64,000 nt of DNA from Camelus ferus (Eukaryota). A program made the position numbers and the translations under genes. Below are positions 26,400-39,000 of the stretch, piece by piece (the stretch's first letter is position 1; each line of letters begins with the position of its first letter). The stretch spans positions 63,676,001-63,740,000 of the forward strand of contig NC_045697.1 of the NCBI RefSeq assembly GCF_009834535.1, written 5' to 3'. Under the pieces are notes generated by a model that was not told the origin of the DNA, did no database searches, and saw only the letters and a program-made list of their open reading frames with translations.

Positions 26400-26550
26400 A
26401 TTTGTGTGTGCAGTTAACTGTCTAATTTCTCTTATCTGCAGTAGAACACAAGCGTCTCAGGGTAGGGTTTGCGTCTCTGTCATTTCTCATTGTAGCTCAC
26501 CATGGCCGAGTCCCTTGAACCCAGTAGATATTTGATAAACATTTGCTTAT
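26400..26550 (+). mobile_element. L2 3' end fragment
   Basis: cagggtagggtttgcgtctctg...cagtagatatttgataaacatttg. Confidence 0.55.
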
Positions 26551-27739
26551 TAAGTTAGTGAAAAGTGAGGAAAGCTCTTGTAATTACTTTTGTATGGCAA
26601 TTAGTATTTTACTTAGGTAGAGCGGGGGACTGAAGGCCATCAACTCTTCCTGGGGCAAAATTTACTGTTGGAAATATTTAAGCTATTATCCTTGTCATGC
26701 AGGGTCTTAGTACATTTCTGTTCTCTTTCTCTCTACCTCATCCTTTCTTTCTCTGTCTCTCTAGTCATTTACTGTCAATATAACAGGTATAAATACGCCA
26801 TATTTACTCAATAACAAAACCAGCTTGCAAAAATAGTCTCACGTTTCTTTCTCAAATGAACTGCGGTTAGCAGAAGTTCAATAACTCGGAGTTAAGCTTA
26901 GCCTTCCCATGCTCTTTCAGAGTTCATAGCCTCAGATCAGTGATGTTGCCTTGCTAATGTAGCTTATTGTGCAGACTCACTTTGTCCCTCCAAGATGGTG
27001 ATACCCAACTTCAGGGTTCATCCTGGACAAAGGTTTCTCAGACTTTGTTTCCTAATATTGCAGCTCTTGGCGCTAACCTACTTCAATGCCTACACAGCTC
27101 TCTCTGGACCACACATCAGTCTACCACATCAAAGAACTTTGCCCCCTTCTCATGAGCTGACCCATATTTGAGAGCTGAGCAGATTATTATTATCATTTAG
27201 TCCTCAAAAGAAAGAATCCATATACAGCTGTTTGCTTCAAGTTTTTTCCTACAAGAGCAAATGGGATTCATTATTCAGAGACATCTGTCTTCAATAACTT
27301 TAAGTTTTGTCATTTCCCTCACTGAAGAAGAGAAGAAGAAAATCCACAAATGTAATTTCTTATAGGATTTTCTACAATATTATCTCTCATGTTGGACCTT
27401 GTTTTTGTTTTTGGAAACATACTGGCTTATGTCAATTGGCCAGGGAAACTTGAGAAGCAAGATCCCAGGAATAACCAATGATTTCATTAGGCCCAGTTTA
27501 GGATTCCCCTAGACTATACTGAGATATCAAATACTATTCACATCTGTATTATGAAAAATATTTTATTTTTGAAATGAAAAACTAATATCTGGCTATGACA
27601 TGAATTGTTGCAATTCAAATAAAACAGAAAATGACAAAGTCTTCTGTACCAAACCAAAACAGGGGATTAGGAAAATGCAAAAGCACTTTTCAAGAGGACT
27701 TGTGTTACAGCACGCTTCTACGCTACTCTGTGGGATTCT

Positions 27740-27910
27740 CACTAGTTGTGTGGACACATTGCAACATCTCAGTCTCAATAGATTCATCTGCAAACCTGGG
27801 AGAGTAATACTAAATCTCCCAGGTAGAACACAGGATTCAGTGAGGTAAGGGATGTGATGTACTTAGCTTAATTCCTGCCTCACAATAAATACTCACTAAA
27901 GGTTATTACT
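27740..27910 (+). mobile_element. MIR SINE
   Basis: ctcactagttgtgtggac...ttcatctgcaaa...aaatactcactaaa. Confidence 0.65.
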
Positions 27911-28289
27911 ACTATTATTCTTCTCTAACACATATATTTGGAGATGAAAATAAAGAGGTCCTTATATGGTAATGATCAAACTATTTTACTTCAATTAGGT
28001 GCTTTCTAGAGGCTTGCTGGTGCATTTAAGAAAAATAGTTCTCTAGAATTTATCATCTTACCCTTTAGCATCTGCTATTTCCCTTGACTTTTTTTTTTTT
28101 CATTTCTCTGATTCTTTCTTGTTTTCCCAGAGTAGAAATAGAGGCCTGCATGGTTAACTGTGCGTGGAAAGATCAGAATCGAATGAACTACAACTTCCTG
28201 ATACTTTTCCTAGATTTAAACCTAAAACCTAGAATGGGAAAAGAAGAAATCCTAACTAAATGTAAAAATGTTCAGCTGTATTGTACATA

Positions 28290-28470
28290 ACTTAACTTAT
28301 TTAATCTTCTCAGCATCCTTATAGCAGTGGCAGGGAAGTGTTATTATCCCATTTTACCTATTCAGAATTAGTTCTTGATAAGGTTAAATGATTTCCCTAG
28401 GGTCTCACATCTGGGAAAAGGCTGGATGATAACTTGATTGTAAAAACCCAGTGATGTTTTCTTTCTTCTG
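28290..28470 (-). mobile_element. MIR fragment
   Basis: ttattatcccattttac...aggttaaatgatttccctagggtctcaca. Confidence 0.7.
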
Positions 28471-28784
28471 CATTATCTCCCCATTATCTTTCAAAACACA
28501 ACTCAATCTTTTAAAAATACACTTTACTTATTTTTCTTTCACTCTCCCATCTTTTAACTAGGCAAAGCCATATTTATACTATGCTGCTGTTGTGAGCAAA
28601 TAGGAATTGCTGATAGAAGGATGAAGTATTAGGAGATACAGGGGATGATTAATTTTTCTGTGTCACATTTGGTTATTTATCTTTTGTAATGAGAACATCC
28701 CAGTTCCTGGAAGGAGTTTGCCAAGAGAAGTAACAAGACAATATCTAAGTAGTTCCTTCCTGTTACATGAGTCCCAAGAACATC

Positions 28785-29179
28785 TCCATGTTTGGCAGAA
28801 GGACCAGGACTCAGACCTGAGACACAGTTGTACTCAGGGCTGTGGTTAATATTACAGTGGAAGGATACACAGTAGGGTTATTAAGGGAAAAGACAATGGG
28901 CAGAGTCAGGAGGAATCCATGCACAGCATTTGGAAAGTCCTCCCTCTCAAAGGGTGCCACGTAGAATGTGGTCTTTCCTCTAGCTGTTAAATGTAGGAAC
29001 ACAACTGCAGTTTCTGCCCAGGAAAGTTTGCTGTGGACTCAATCCAAGGTTTTCAGTGGGAACTGATCATGCGGGCACTCTCTATCTGTGTGATCAGCCA
29101 TGAGGATAGAAATTCCAGATTCCCAGAAGGAAAGCTGAAGTTCACCACAGATCAGGTGGATAGAGTGAAATTAGAACCC

Positions 29180-29215
<36 letters not shown>

Positions 29216-29320
29216 TTAACAGCGTAGCCAAGTTCAAAAACCAAGTTCCTTAACACCAGCCCTGAAAGTAGGTTCTTCTAAAGACTAGTATTAGACCTGC
29301 TATGTTAACTCTCTCCTACA
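28785..29320 (-). mobile_element. MER21/MER77-like LTR with an internal (A)27 run at 29184-29210
   Basis: gttgtactcagggct...aagggaaaaga...aaattccagattcccagaaggaaagc...cctgctatgttaactct. Confidence 0.7.
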
Positions 29321-31239
29321 ATTTATAATGCCAACACCTGCAGAATAGAAGAACACAGCAGGATTTTTAATCAGAATATGTACTTATAACATGAGAAAAA
29401 CACCAAGTAATGGCAGTTGTCTTCTGTTATCAGTAGAAGAATCCTAATAGTCAAAGTCCAGGTTTTCAAAATTTTTTGCACAGTTTCACCTACTTTGTAA
29501 GACAGTACAAATCAAGATGATTAAATATAACTCAGGGACGTGCATTTATCATGATCTGTTTGCCACGTACAGTGCTTTTGTACCTAAGGCCTTTGGTGGT
29601 TGAGAGGGATACATGCGGATAGTTAACATGTAGAGTAGACCATGGTACATGCTTTAATAGATGTTCAAAGGATTAAGGAGGTGTAAGAAAAGGGAATACA
29701 AATTCCCTTTAAAAAAAATGTAAGAAAGCTCCAGGAGGTAGTGACATTTGAGCGCCATCATCCTAAAAGATGTCTATGGCAAAATATAGTAAGATGTCAT
29801 TTTTATTATAGGGAACAAACACAGAAAGCTGTGAATATACAAGATGCTGGGGACATTTATACAAGATATGAGTTCTTTGCTGTACCAAAGTGTGACACAG
29901 TACCATACGTTATTATATGATTAACATAATAATGTTATTCTAATATTATTAACATTAATTATAATATTAATTATAAATTAGTTCAGAAGTATGGATTAAG
30001 CCAAGGTTGCAAGGGTTTTGAGTTCTGTTCCAAAGGGATCGGTTTCTCCATTTTTCTATCAATAAAGTAGACCCATCCCATTGGCTATTAAGCAGCAAAT
30101 TATTTCCCACTGCCTTGGAAAAAAATGCAATAACATTTGTATTCATGTTTAACACTTAGGAAATTAGAAAGATTTTCAAAGCTGTGTGCCAGAAACTGTG
30201 GATGAAGACTAAAATATTTATTTCTTATTATGAATCACAATATCACAACTTGTTCATTTTTTAATGTCTATATTGATCTGATTTTTGACTTAAAAAAGAA
30301 CAATAAAAAAATTATCAAGAGCTGATCTGATTGTTCTGCTATTTAAGCAAATTCCTTGAGGAATTGTACTACACTCCTAAAGATCACTTAGATTATTATC
30401 TGACACACAAATCTGTGTAAAATTTGTAAATAATTTTTTGTCTAATCCTACTGAAAATTTTATATTCATCTTTTTATAACTCATATTTGAATATGGCTTC
30501 TTACATTAATATGAGTTGGTGTGTTAGGACTCAATATGTAGTAATTTATTCTAAATGCTAGGTGCTAAGTACCCTTAGATCTATAAAAATGAAATTATAT
30601 AAAGTGTGTAATTATTAAACATTACTCATCCACTTTAATTAAAACTATCTTCTCATTTTATTTCTATTTTGTAGTATTTTATGTTTTTCCATCAAGTTTT
30701 TTTGTTTGTTGATTTCTCTTCAATTGGGGCAAGCTGTGCTTGGCATGGTATTAGAAATAATTCAGAAATAAGATGTAAGGAGATCACTTTATTGAAGACA
30801 TTATTCACGTAAACTATTTTCAGAAATTATCGAAGAGCCACCAAAATGGGTCAGATTCTACAAATGATAGATTTGGGTTTTGAAACAAATGTTGCCTACT
30901 TTCCTCCTTAAAACCATGCCATTCAAAAGAGGAACTAATTATCTTAAGGCTCTGAGTTAACTGTTGCCAAATGGTCTCACAGTCAGCGACAGAAGAGAAA
31001 TGAAGCACTGTGCAGCAAACCTTGGGGATTCACCTGGCCTCCTTTGCAGCCAAGATTGTTCCTATGGTGTCAGAGAACAATTAAAGAACCTGGAAGTGAA
31101 GGTGACTCGGAAAAGGGCAAACTGAAAAGTGTAACTCTCTCAACCAGGTCATCCACAACACAGTCACAGAATAACTAGAGCATAGTGAGAGAGTAAGAGG
31201 AAAGGAACATTTCAAAAAGCAGGAGTGAATACGTAATTA

Positions 31240-31420
31240 TCCTTAGGGTTATGTGGAGAAGTAGAACAAATCCTGGCATCACATGTACTGTGGCCCTTCC
31301 CTAACTGTGTAATTTTGAGAAGTCATATTGCCTATTCCCAGGCCTCAATGTCCTCACAAATGAACTAAGGAAAATGGGCTAAATGACTTCTCAAGCTACT
31401 TTCAATAACATTCTGTAAAT
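31240..31420 (+). mobile_element. MIR fragment
   Basis: ctaactgtgtaattttgagaagtca...ggcctcaatgtcctca. Confidence 0.6.
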
Positions 31421-34400
31421 CTTTCTGTAAAATTACTTATCTGTGAAATATTTTAATGTAAGCACCATAAGACATACACCTTGTCTATCTAAGCTCAGCA
31501 CATAGAATCAGACCAACACAGAGTAAGCACTCAAAACAGTATTTGCTGAGGGAATGGATAAGCCAGAAAATAAAAGCGGGGGGTCAGTGGGTTGGTGAAA
31601 TGACTATCAGCAGGACAGCACAGGCGAACACAAACGTTGTTGCATGAAGACTGTCTCTCCCTTCCTCTTTTAGGTAAACTGCGCCCTTGATGATGGTGGG
31701 GCAGGGTGGGTAGGGAGAGAGGTCCTAGGTGTTTTCAGTCTCTTACAGGTTTGCACACTCTTGGCTGGAAAAAAACTACAAAGTGGTTTGAAATCTTTAA
31801 GACTAAAGAATAACATTTCTGACCATTCTGCCAGACAAATAACCTCGGACTTTCCCATGGTAAGATTGCTATTTTGTGAGGAACACTACCTAATGTTTCC
31901 CTGGCTACACTTTCAAGTTGAATAAATTGGAGAACAATATCATCAGAATAAATACACAGTGTTTAATTTCAAAATACATCTTTCCAGCTGGTACATCCTG
32001 GCTCACTCTTGCCAAATGTAGCCATAGAACTTATTCCATTAGCTTTTTCTTACTATAACAAATCACTGGACTAGTTTGAATGGAAATCTGATGATTGCAA
32101 ATTATGTATTTAAAGAATCACCTGACTTTTGAAAGATGTTATATTATCAGATTGGGAGGATAAAAATATACCCTAAATAGTTATAACATTCTTTTTTTAA
32201 TGCTCATAGATTTCCAAGAGGGATTCAATTTCCAGAAATGCCTGATGCAAATGCAGTTAAATTAGAGTAGATACTTTAGGGAAATGGAAATTGTTGTTTT
32301 ATTTTCAGGTAGGTCTTTGGGTTTGAGAGGACATTAAATTACACTACAGAACATTGATCTTTCAGATGAAAATTTAAGGCATGGTGCATTTTCTGACTTG
32401 CAGTCTCAGACTACACATTTATTTTTCTGTTCTGTCTTGCTGTTCCCAGAAATTAATAATGACAGAAATAAACGCATTTAATAAAGTAAGATCTCCAGCA
32501 GTGAATTTTGACACAATTTGGTTTATTTGTTTAATATTGAGTCTTCTGTAGGGTTGCTCAGACAATATAAAGTTGTACATTATGAATACTATATTTAAAA
32601 GTGAAAACTTTGGTTATGCTGGAAGCAATACCAATTTACAAGGTAATAATTATTAACAACATAAAGTCTCTACAGCAAAGTTTAAGTAATGCAGTCTTAC
32701 TGGCACTGGTTACTTGTTTAGTATTTTGGAGAGCTCTTAGAATAGTTAAGGAAGATACACACTGAGACACTGGTTTGGTGTAGGCAGAAGCAAGTATTGA
32801 TAAAATTCTTGAGTTGAAATTGATTAGATAACAAAGCTCAAAAATTAAAATTGAGAGGTTTAAAGTTTAACTTTCTAAAAGAAAAGAAAATTTCAGTGTT
32901 TTAGAGCTAAAAGAGATATTCAAGGCTATCAAGTCCAATTTTCTAATTTTCCTGAAAGAGAGATGTCATCTGAGGTCTAAGTAATTTTCCAAGGTCAGTG
33001 AGAGAAAGGAAAGAACCAATGTATTCAACTAATTTTTCTTCTGCATGAATTCAAATTGCAAATATTTATGTCTATATTTTAATACCATATTTATAAAAAG
33101 GAATATGTAAATATTTATTTTATAATGGCAAGAAGATAACCCTCTAACACTATGAAGATTGTTGGGGGAGAGAGCATTGCAAGAAGGGAACAGCTGGTAT
33201 AAAATCTTAAGTAAAGATTCAGATTTTGAGAAAATGTTGAGAGCAGATTTCAAATTGGTGATCATAAATTTAAATACAACACTGTTTTTCTTTAGTAACA
33301 CGTATTTATTAGGTGCAGTTATACCTTATGTAGAGGATACCAAGGGTTTATGTTTTGGTGGAAAGTATAACAGAGGGAGAAAGAACACAAAAAGTTGAAA
33401 GGTTTTTGTATCAGCCAGATGATAATTATGGGCCTTGGACTCTAAGCTGAAAGGAAGGAAATTAGAGGGAAACTGAATGAGAAAGTGGTAGTCTTAAGCA
33501 ATTGAAGATCTCCATGAGTTTGAAGTATTTTTGGAGGAAAAGTTTAGATTAATGGTGAGAAGCTCCCAAAAGCATTGAGCATTTTTGTTAGTTCTTATAA
33601 ATAGCAACTCTAAATGTCACCTGCAAGGCCAGTTAGCAATAAAGATTTGAAGAAAGCTTTGGGAAAGATAAAGAGCTGTCTTTGAAAAATGTGTCAAATA
33701 TGTGCTTTAGGTACTTCTTGTGGAAAGGTGACACTTAAAGTGGAAAACCTGTATCCATAGTATTTAATTAGGTATTTTGGGGTAGATTCTTTTAACTATT
33801 TGGAGTAATGGTTTTCATTACAAAAATGATGGTCCTTTCAATCTCCCAAATCAGGGTATTCAAAAATCCCTCAAACTTCACTACCTAAAATGCCTAAAGT
33901 TACCCAGGTCTCTTCTTGCATAAGGGTGGGTAAACAAGTGTGTTAGCACCATCTCTGGGGGGAGAGGAGATGTGCTATTTCTTCTAGAAGTTTCCTTATA
34001 AGAAATGACACAGCTAAAGAGAGTGAAAGGCAATGAAAAATGAGAAAAACTATTCATTAAAAGGATGATGACTTTAGAATTATAACGTATAAACATCATT
34101 GTAACTGAAATCTCAAACTCTCCTAAAAGACTGAGTTAAAGAAAGCTTTTTATGACTTGTATCAATGGTAAAGAAGTAGTCTTTATATGACCACTAGAGA
34201 ATAAAAAAGGTGAGGAATTATTTGGTTTCAAATTATTTTAATAGGTGAAAAAATTATTTTCCCTATATGATCAAAACATGCACACAGATGTCCCAGTACC
34301 TATAAACCTTGGGAGTTAGGAGTCTTAAGGTGTTTCTGGAACATTAGTTTGCTTAGCTAAAACAAACAAATATTAAAAGAAACCTATTCCACTTGAAATG

Positions 34401-34839
34401 TATGTAAGCCGCAATACTCAAATTACTAATACAGATTTGAAAGGCAAGTAATTAAAGAGAGAAACACTCCACACATTCTGTTGCATTTGAAAGACAAATT
34501 ATAAATGCACATGGATATCCTATTACTAATTAACTCCTAATTGCTCACTTGACTCTTTTTTAAGTGCCTAGATATATGCCAAAGTAAAAATTCAGTGACA
34601 AAAATCAAAGGAAGTAGTTAAAAATATCTCCATGCAAATCTTATTCTAGTACAAATCAGTTCAACCCTGTCATTGCTCTTTGCATCCAAAATCTGATATT
34701 GGAGGAAAAAATTACATAAATAATCTTGTCATATAAACGGAAACAGGAACCTAATGCACTATTTTTTTTTTTAGTAAAAATAACAAAGTGATATGTATAT
34801 GGGCACACACTCATATATAAATATCTTAATATAAAAATT

Positions 34840-34950
34840 GTAATCACTAGATTATAAGTTCCATGAGGATAAGAATTGTCTGTCTTATTCATGCTTGTTC
34901 CTGCAGCACCTAGGGGAGAGTCTGGCACATGGTTGATGCTTCTGCATGTG
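34840..34950 (+). mobile_element. L2 3' end
   Basis: actagattataagttccatgaggataag...gcacctag...tctggcacat. Confidence 0.75.
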
Positions 34951-35801
34951 TAACCCACATGGTCGCTGTGAAATGCACAAATAATTAAAGCCTTTGAGCT
35001 GCAGCAACCCTCAAGGATGTTTAATAGTAATAAACATTGAATATAATAGAATCTGTGTTTTTGTACAATGGTGGTTTCTTTTTTACTTTTTTACTCTTTC
35101 CAAAGAGTAAACTTATTTCAGAAGCAAGAAGCATATAAATCCTTACTATCACTTATGTGAAGCAGGGGACACAGAGTATGCAGAGGCTGTTGATCAGAGA
35201 ACCTGCAGACCCAGCTGAAAAAGGGCAGCATCACGAGGGGCACCTAACAGGTAGAGTGAGACACCCATTCAGGGTCATAAGTAACAGCGTTTTGCAGAGT
35301 CTTTTTAGGCATATATTCATAAAGACTCATTACTTAAATGGGACTTAGAAGAATTGAGATGTTGAGATTTCTACAAATAATAGCGACTCTGATAAATGAA
35401 AATATATCTTATTGCAGACTACAGTGAGTGGGGCAGTATTTGTGACAGAGGAAAGAACGTGAATAGAATATGGACCAGTCAAGTAAATAGAAGTAAAAGT
35501 TAGATAGAAGCATTTTCTAGCTTCTCTTGGATTTTCATTAAGAGATCCTACTTGAGAACTAATTGACACTGAGTGGCAGCATCAGAAACCCACTTAATAT
35601 CATTTAGAATTCATTGTATATAATCATATGTAACTTTACCATTTTATAAACTGGAATTGTTCTCAATTCACAATATAGATTCAGTCTTTCTGAACTGAAT
35701 AATTTTTAAAATATTATGATAAAACTAAGTAATTACTCTAGGTATTATGATAGATTCCTGTAATCCATGATGTTTATTTTAGTTGAATTCAATTTATATT
35801 T

Positions 35802-36741
35802 TTTACTGTAGTCAGTTTACAATGTTATGTCAGTTTTTTGCATACAGCACAAAGCTTTAGTCACACATGGATATACATATGTTTGTTTTCATATTCTTTT
35901 TCACTGTAAGCTACTACAAGATATCGAATATAGTTCCCTTGTTTATCTATTTTACACATACCAGTATAAACTTGTTTATCTGTTTTACATATACCAATCA
36001 GTGTCTGCAAATCTCGAACTCCCAGTTTATCCTTTCCCACCCTCTTTCCCCCTGGTAACCATAAGTTTGTTTCCTATGTCTGAGTCTGTTTCTGTTTTAT
36101 AAATGAGTTCATTTGTCTTTTTTGTTTTAGATTCCACATATGAGTGATATCATATGGTATTTTTCTTTCTCTTTCTGGCTTACTTCACTTAGAATGCCAT
36201 TCTCCAGGTCCATCCATGTTACTGCAAATGGCATTGTTTTATTTTTTATGGCTGAGTAGTATTCCATTGTATAGATGTACCACAACTTCTTTATCCAGTC
36301 ATCTGTCATTGGACATTTAGGTTGTTTCCATATCTTGGCTGTTGTAAATAGTGCTGCTATAAACATTGGGGTGCGGGTGTATTTTTGAATTAGGGTTCCC
36401 TCTGGACATATACCCAGGAGTGGGATTGCTGGATCATGTGGTAAGTCTATTTTTAGTCTTCTGAGGAATCTCCAAACTGTTTTCCACAATGGCTGCACTA
36501 GTGTATTGCCACCAACAGTGTAGGAGGATTCCTTTTCTCCACACCCTCTCCAGCATTTATCATTTGTGGACTTCTGAATGATGGTCATTCTGACTGGTGT
36601 GAGGTGATACCTCATTGTAATTTTCATTTGGATTTCTCTGAGAATTAGTGATATTGAGCATTTTTTCATGTGCCTATTGTCTATCCATGTGTCTTCATTG
36701 GAGAATTGCTTGTTTAGATTTTCTGCCCATTTTTGGATTGA
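35802..36741 (-). mobile_element. Young 5'-truncated LINE-1 (camelid-type 3' UTR) with an open ORF2 C-terminus of about 200 codons
   Basis: ORF 36127-36864 ([12 protein letters not shown]...[10 protein letters not shown]...[10 protein letters not shown]...MFIAALFT...[10 protein letters not shown]); candidate TSD CAATTTATATTT (35790) / CAGTTTATATTT (36742). The first ~40 aa of the track ORF are flanking DNA. Confidence 0.95.
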
Positions 36742-37159
36742 CAGTTTATATTTATAAATTTGCATATGTTTAGTTTTCATCTTGAAATAATTATTGTCAT
36801 CTTGGTAAAAAGGGAACACTGTCCAGTTGAGAACTGTGTCTGAAGGATATTCTGAAGTCAACATTTTTTTCTAAAATTGTTATGAAGTCTTTGCTCCTGA
36901 TCATTGCTTTGATCTTTAATAGAAGACATAACAGCACACTTTTAGTACTGTCAAAGGATACAGTGTGATAAGAGGATGCTGCAAATCTTAAATGAAATTT
37001 TAGATATTTGCTGATTTAACTTTAATACAAATAAATTGACTTGTTTTATCTGCTAGATCACTAAAGCCAACACAATTTGTACTATTTACAAACAGAAATT
37101 AAAATAGTACAGATTGGGTAAAACTTAAGATATATGGATAACTAGAAAAGTAAATTTCC

Positions 37160-37640
37160 ATTTATTCAACAAACATTTAAGTACTTATTTAGCACTTACC
37201 ATGCTCCAGGTGCTGTCTAGATAGTTGGGATAATTTAGAAAACTTAACAAAGATCCAATCCCTGTCTTAACGGTGCTCAAATACTAATGTGGAAAGATAG
37301 ATGATATACAATAATAGTAAATGTATACAGTATGTTAAAAGATTTTAAGTGTCCCTAGAGGTAAAGTAGGCAGTAGACTATAAGATGAAATAGGGTGATA
37401 AAGCATACCTCACTGAGAAGGTAAAATGTGAGCAAAGGCTTGAGAAGTTGTGGAATTTAATCATGCCACTATCTAGGTGAAGAGAATTCCAGTGCGATGA
37501 GCACTTAGTCCAAAACTCAATGTTAGAAGGATGCTTAATGTGGAACAAGACTATCAAGAACACCAGATTCTGTGATGGAGTGGTATGGATGGGTTTAGAA
37601 AAAGATAGGGTCAGGAGTTACAGTTAGACAGATTGATAGA
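37160..37640 (-). mobile_element. L2 3' region
   Basis: tttattcaacaaacattt...ccaggtgctg...cactgagaaggtaaaatgtgagcaaagg. Confidence 0.8.
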
Positions 37641-38744
37641 TAAACATATTCCATCTATTAGTCCTCTTGCTTGAAACACTTTAGTACATTCTCTTTTTAT
37701 GTTGCATAGTAAGCTTATAAAAGACAGCTTACTAGACAGATTAATGATTCAATTAGCTTAGTAATTGGATTACTTGGAATTTGAAACAGTTATTTCCAAA
37801 TCCTAAATTAATCCAAAACCAAGGAATACATTTTCAAATATTTTACAGTGCCATATTCCACACATTAGACACGAATCCTGTTCATGTCTGTTTAAGTTCA
37901 CAGCTGGACTAATGTTTACCACCCTGAGAGAATTCTAAAGCAGTACACCTTTCATTGGCAATGTAGGCAAAGGCAAAGGCAAAGTAGGATTACTTATTTT
38001 CTGAAACTGTGTCTTTTCAGTTTTGCATTAAGAATTAGAATCACACATAGAGGTTGTCAGAAATAATATTACACAAACTCTTAGTAGAAATTCTGTTGTT
38101 GATTAGTTTCATACCTGAAATGAAAAGGCACCTTCATCACAAGTGACCATCCAGCTGTGAACATCAGAAAGACTGGAAATGTTTTAGTTTTAGGGCAAAT
38201 TTCATTGTATATAAGCTCATAAAATATGAGGACCCAAGTCCCTGGAGCAGAAGAAATTTAACTTATGCAGTATACCAAGATGAGAATGTCTAGAAAACTG
38301 GAGGCATGGAAGTACTATACTTGTTTAATATTTTAGTTAGCCTAGAGCAACGATAATCACAGACAAACTCTAAGAAATGCTATTTGTGCCCGCATAGTTA
38401 CATTAATTTTCTTTTAATCTTTGTCTGCCCCAGGAAATATTTCAATTGAGTTTTACATTTCTTTCCAAGAAATCAGGAACTCTGGAATCCAATCTCATTT
38501 ACTTTAACTTTTTTTCCCACCGTTATTTTCAAATCCTAAACGAATTCAAAACCAGGAATTTCTCTTGCACTTTCTACTTCAATATGTAAAAATGACATGG
38601 TTTAGGTGGACTTTAATATAATTCTGGAATTAGGCTTACTCCTCTAATGGGTTGCTCAGTCATTCATTTATTAAACGCATATTGATTTAATTCATATTAG
38701 ATATTCATCTCAATATACATAAAACATAAAGTCATAGTTACTCT

Positions 38745-39000
38745 TGGTGGTAGTAGATGTAGTGGTTGCAGAATGAGCTCTGTAATCAGATGCTCTGGGT
38801 TCAGTAATGAACTCCACCTCTTTCTAGCTGTGTCTCCTTAGTCAAGTTAATTCACTTCCCTTTGCCTTAGTAACCCTATGACAAAAATAGGAATTCATAA
38901 TGGCACCTGCAAGATAGTGTAATTGTGAGGAATGAAAAATAAGTCACGTAAGGTGCTCAGTATAGTACCTGTCACCTAATAAAAATTCAACAATTGTATA
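38745..39000 (+). mobile_element. Near full-length MIR
   Basis: gtagtggtt...gctct...ctgggttc...ctagctgtgt...aaggtgctcagtatagtacctg. Confidence 0.85.

Noticed and set aside
27835..27850. GAG|gtaagg donor
   Set aside because: Lies inside a MIR with no matching acceptor
36127..36864. Longest ORF (245 aa) as a host gene
   Set aside because: It is the L1 ORF2 C-terminus fused by chance to flanking DNA
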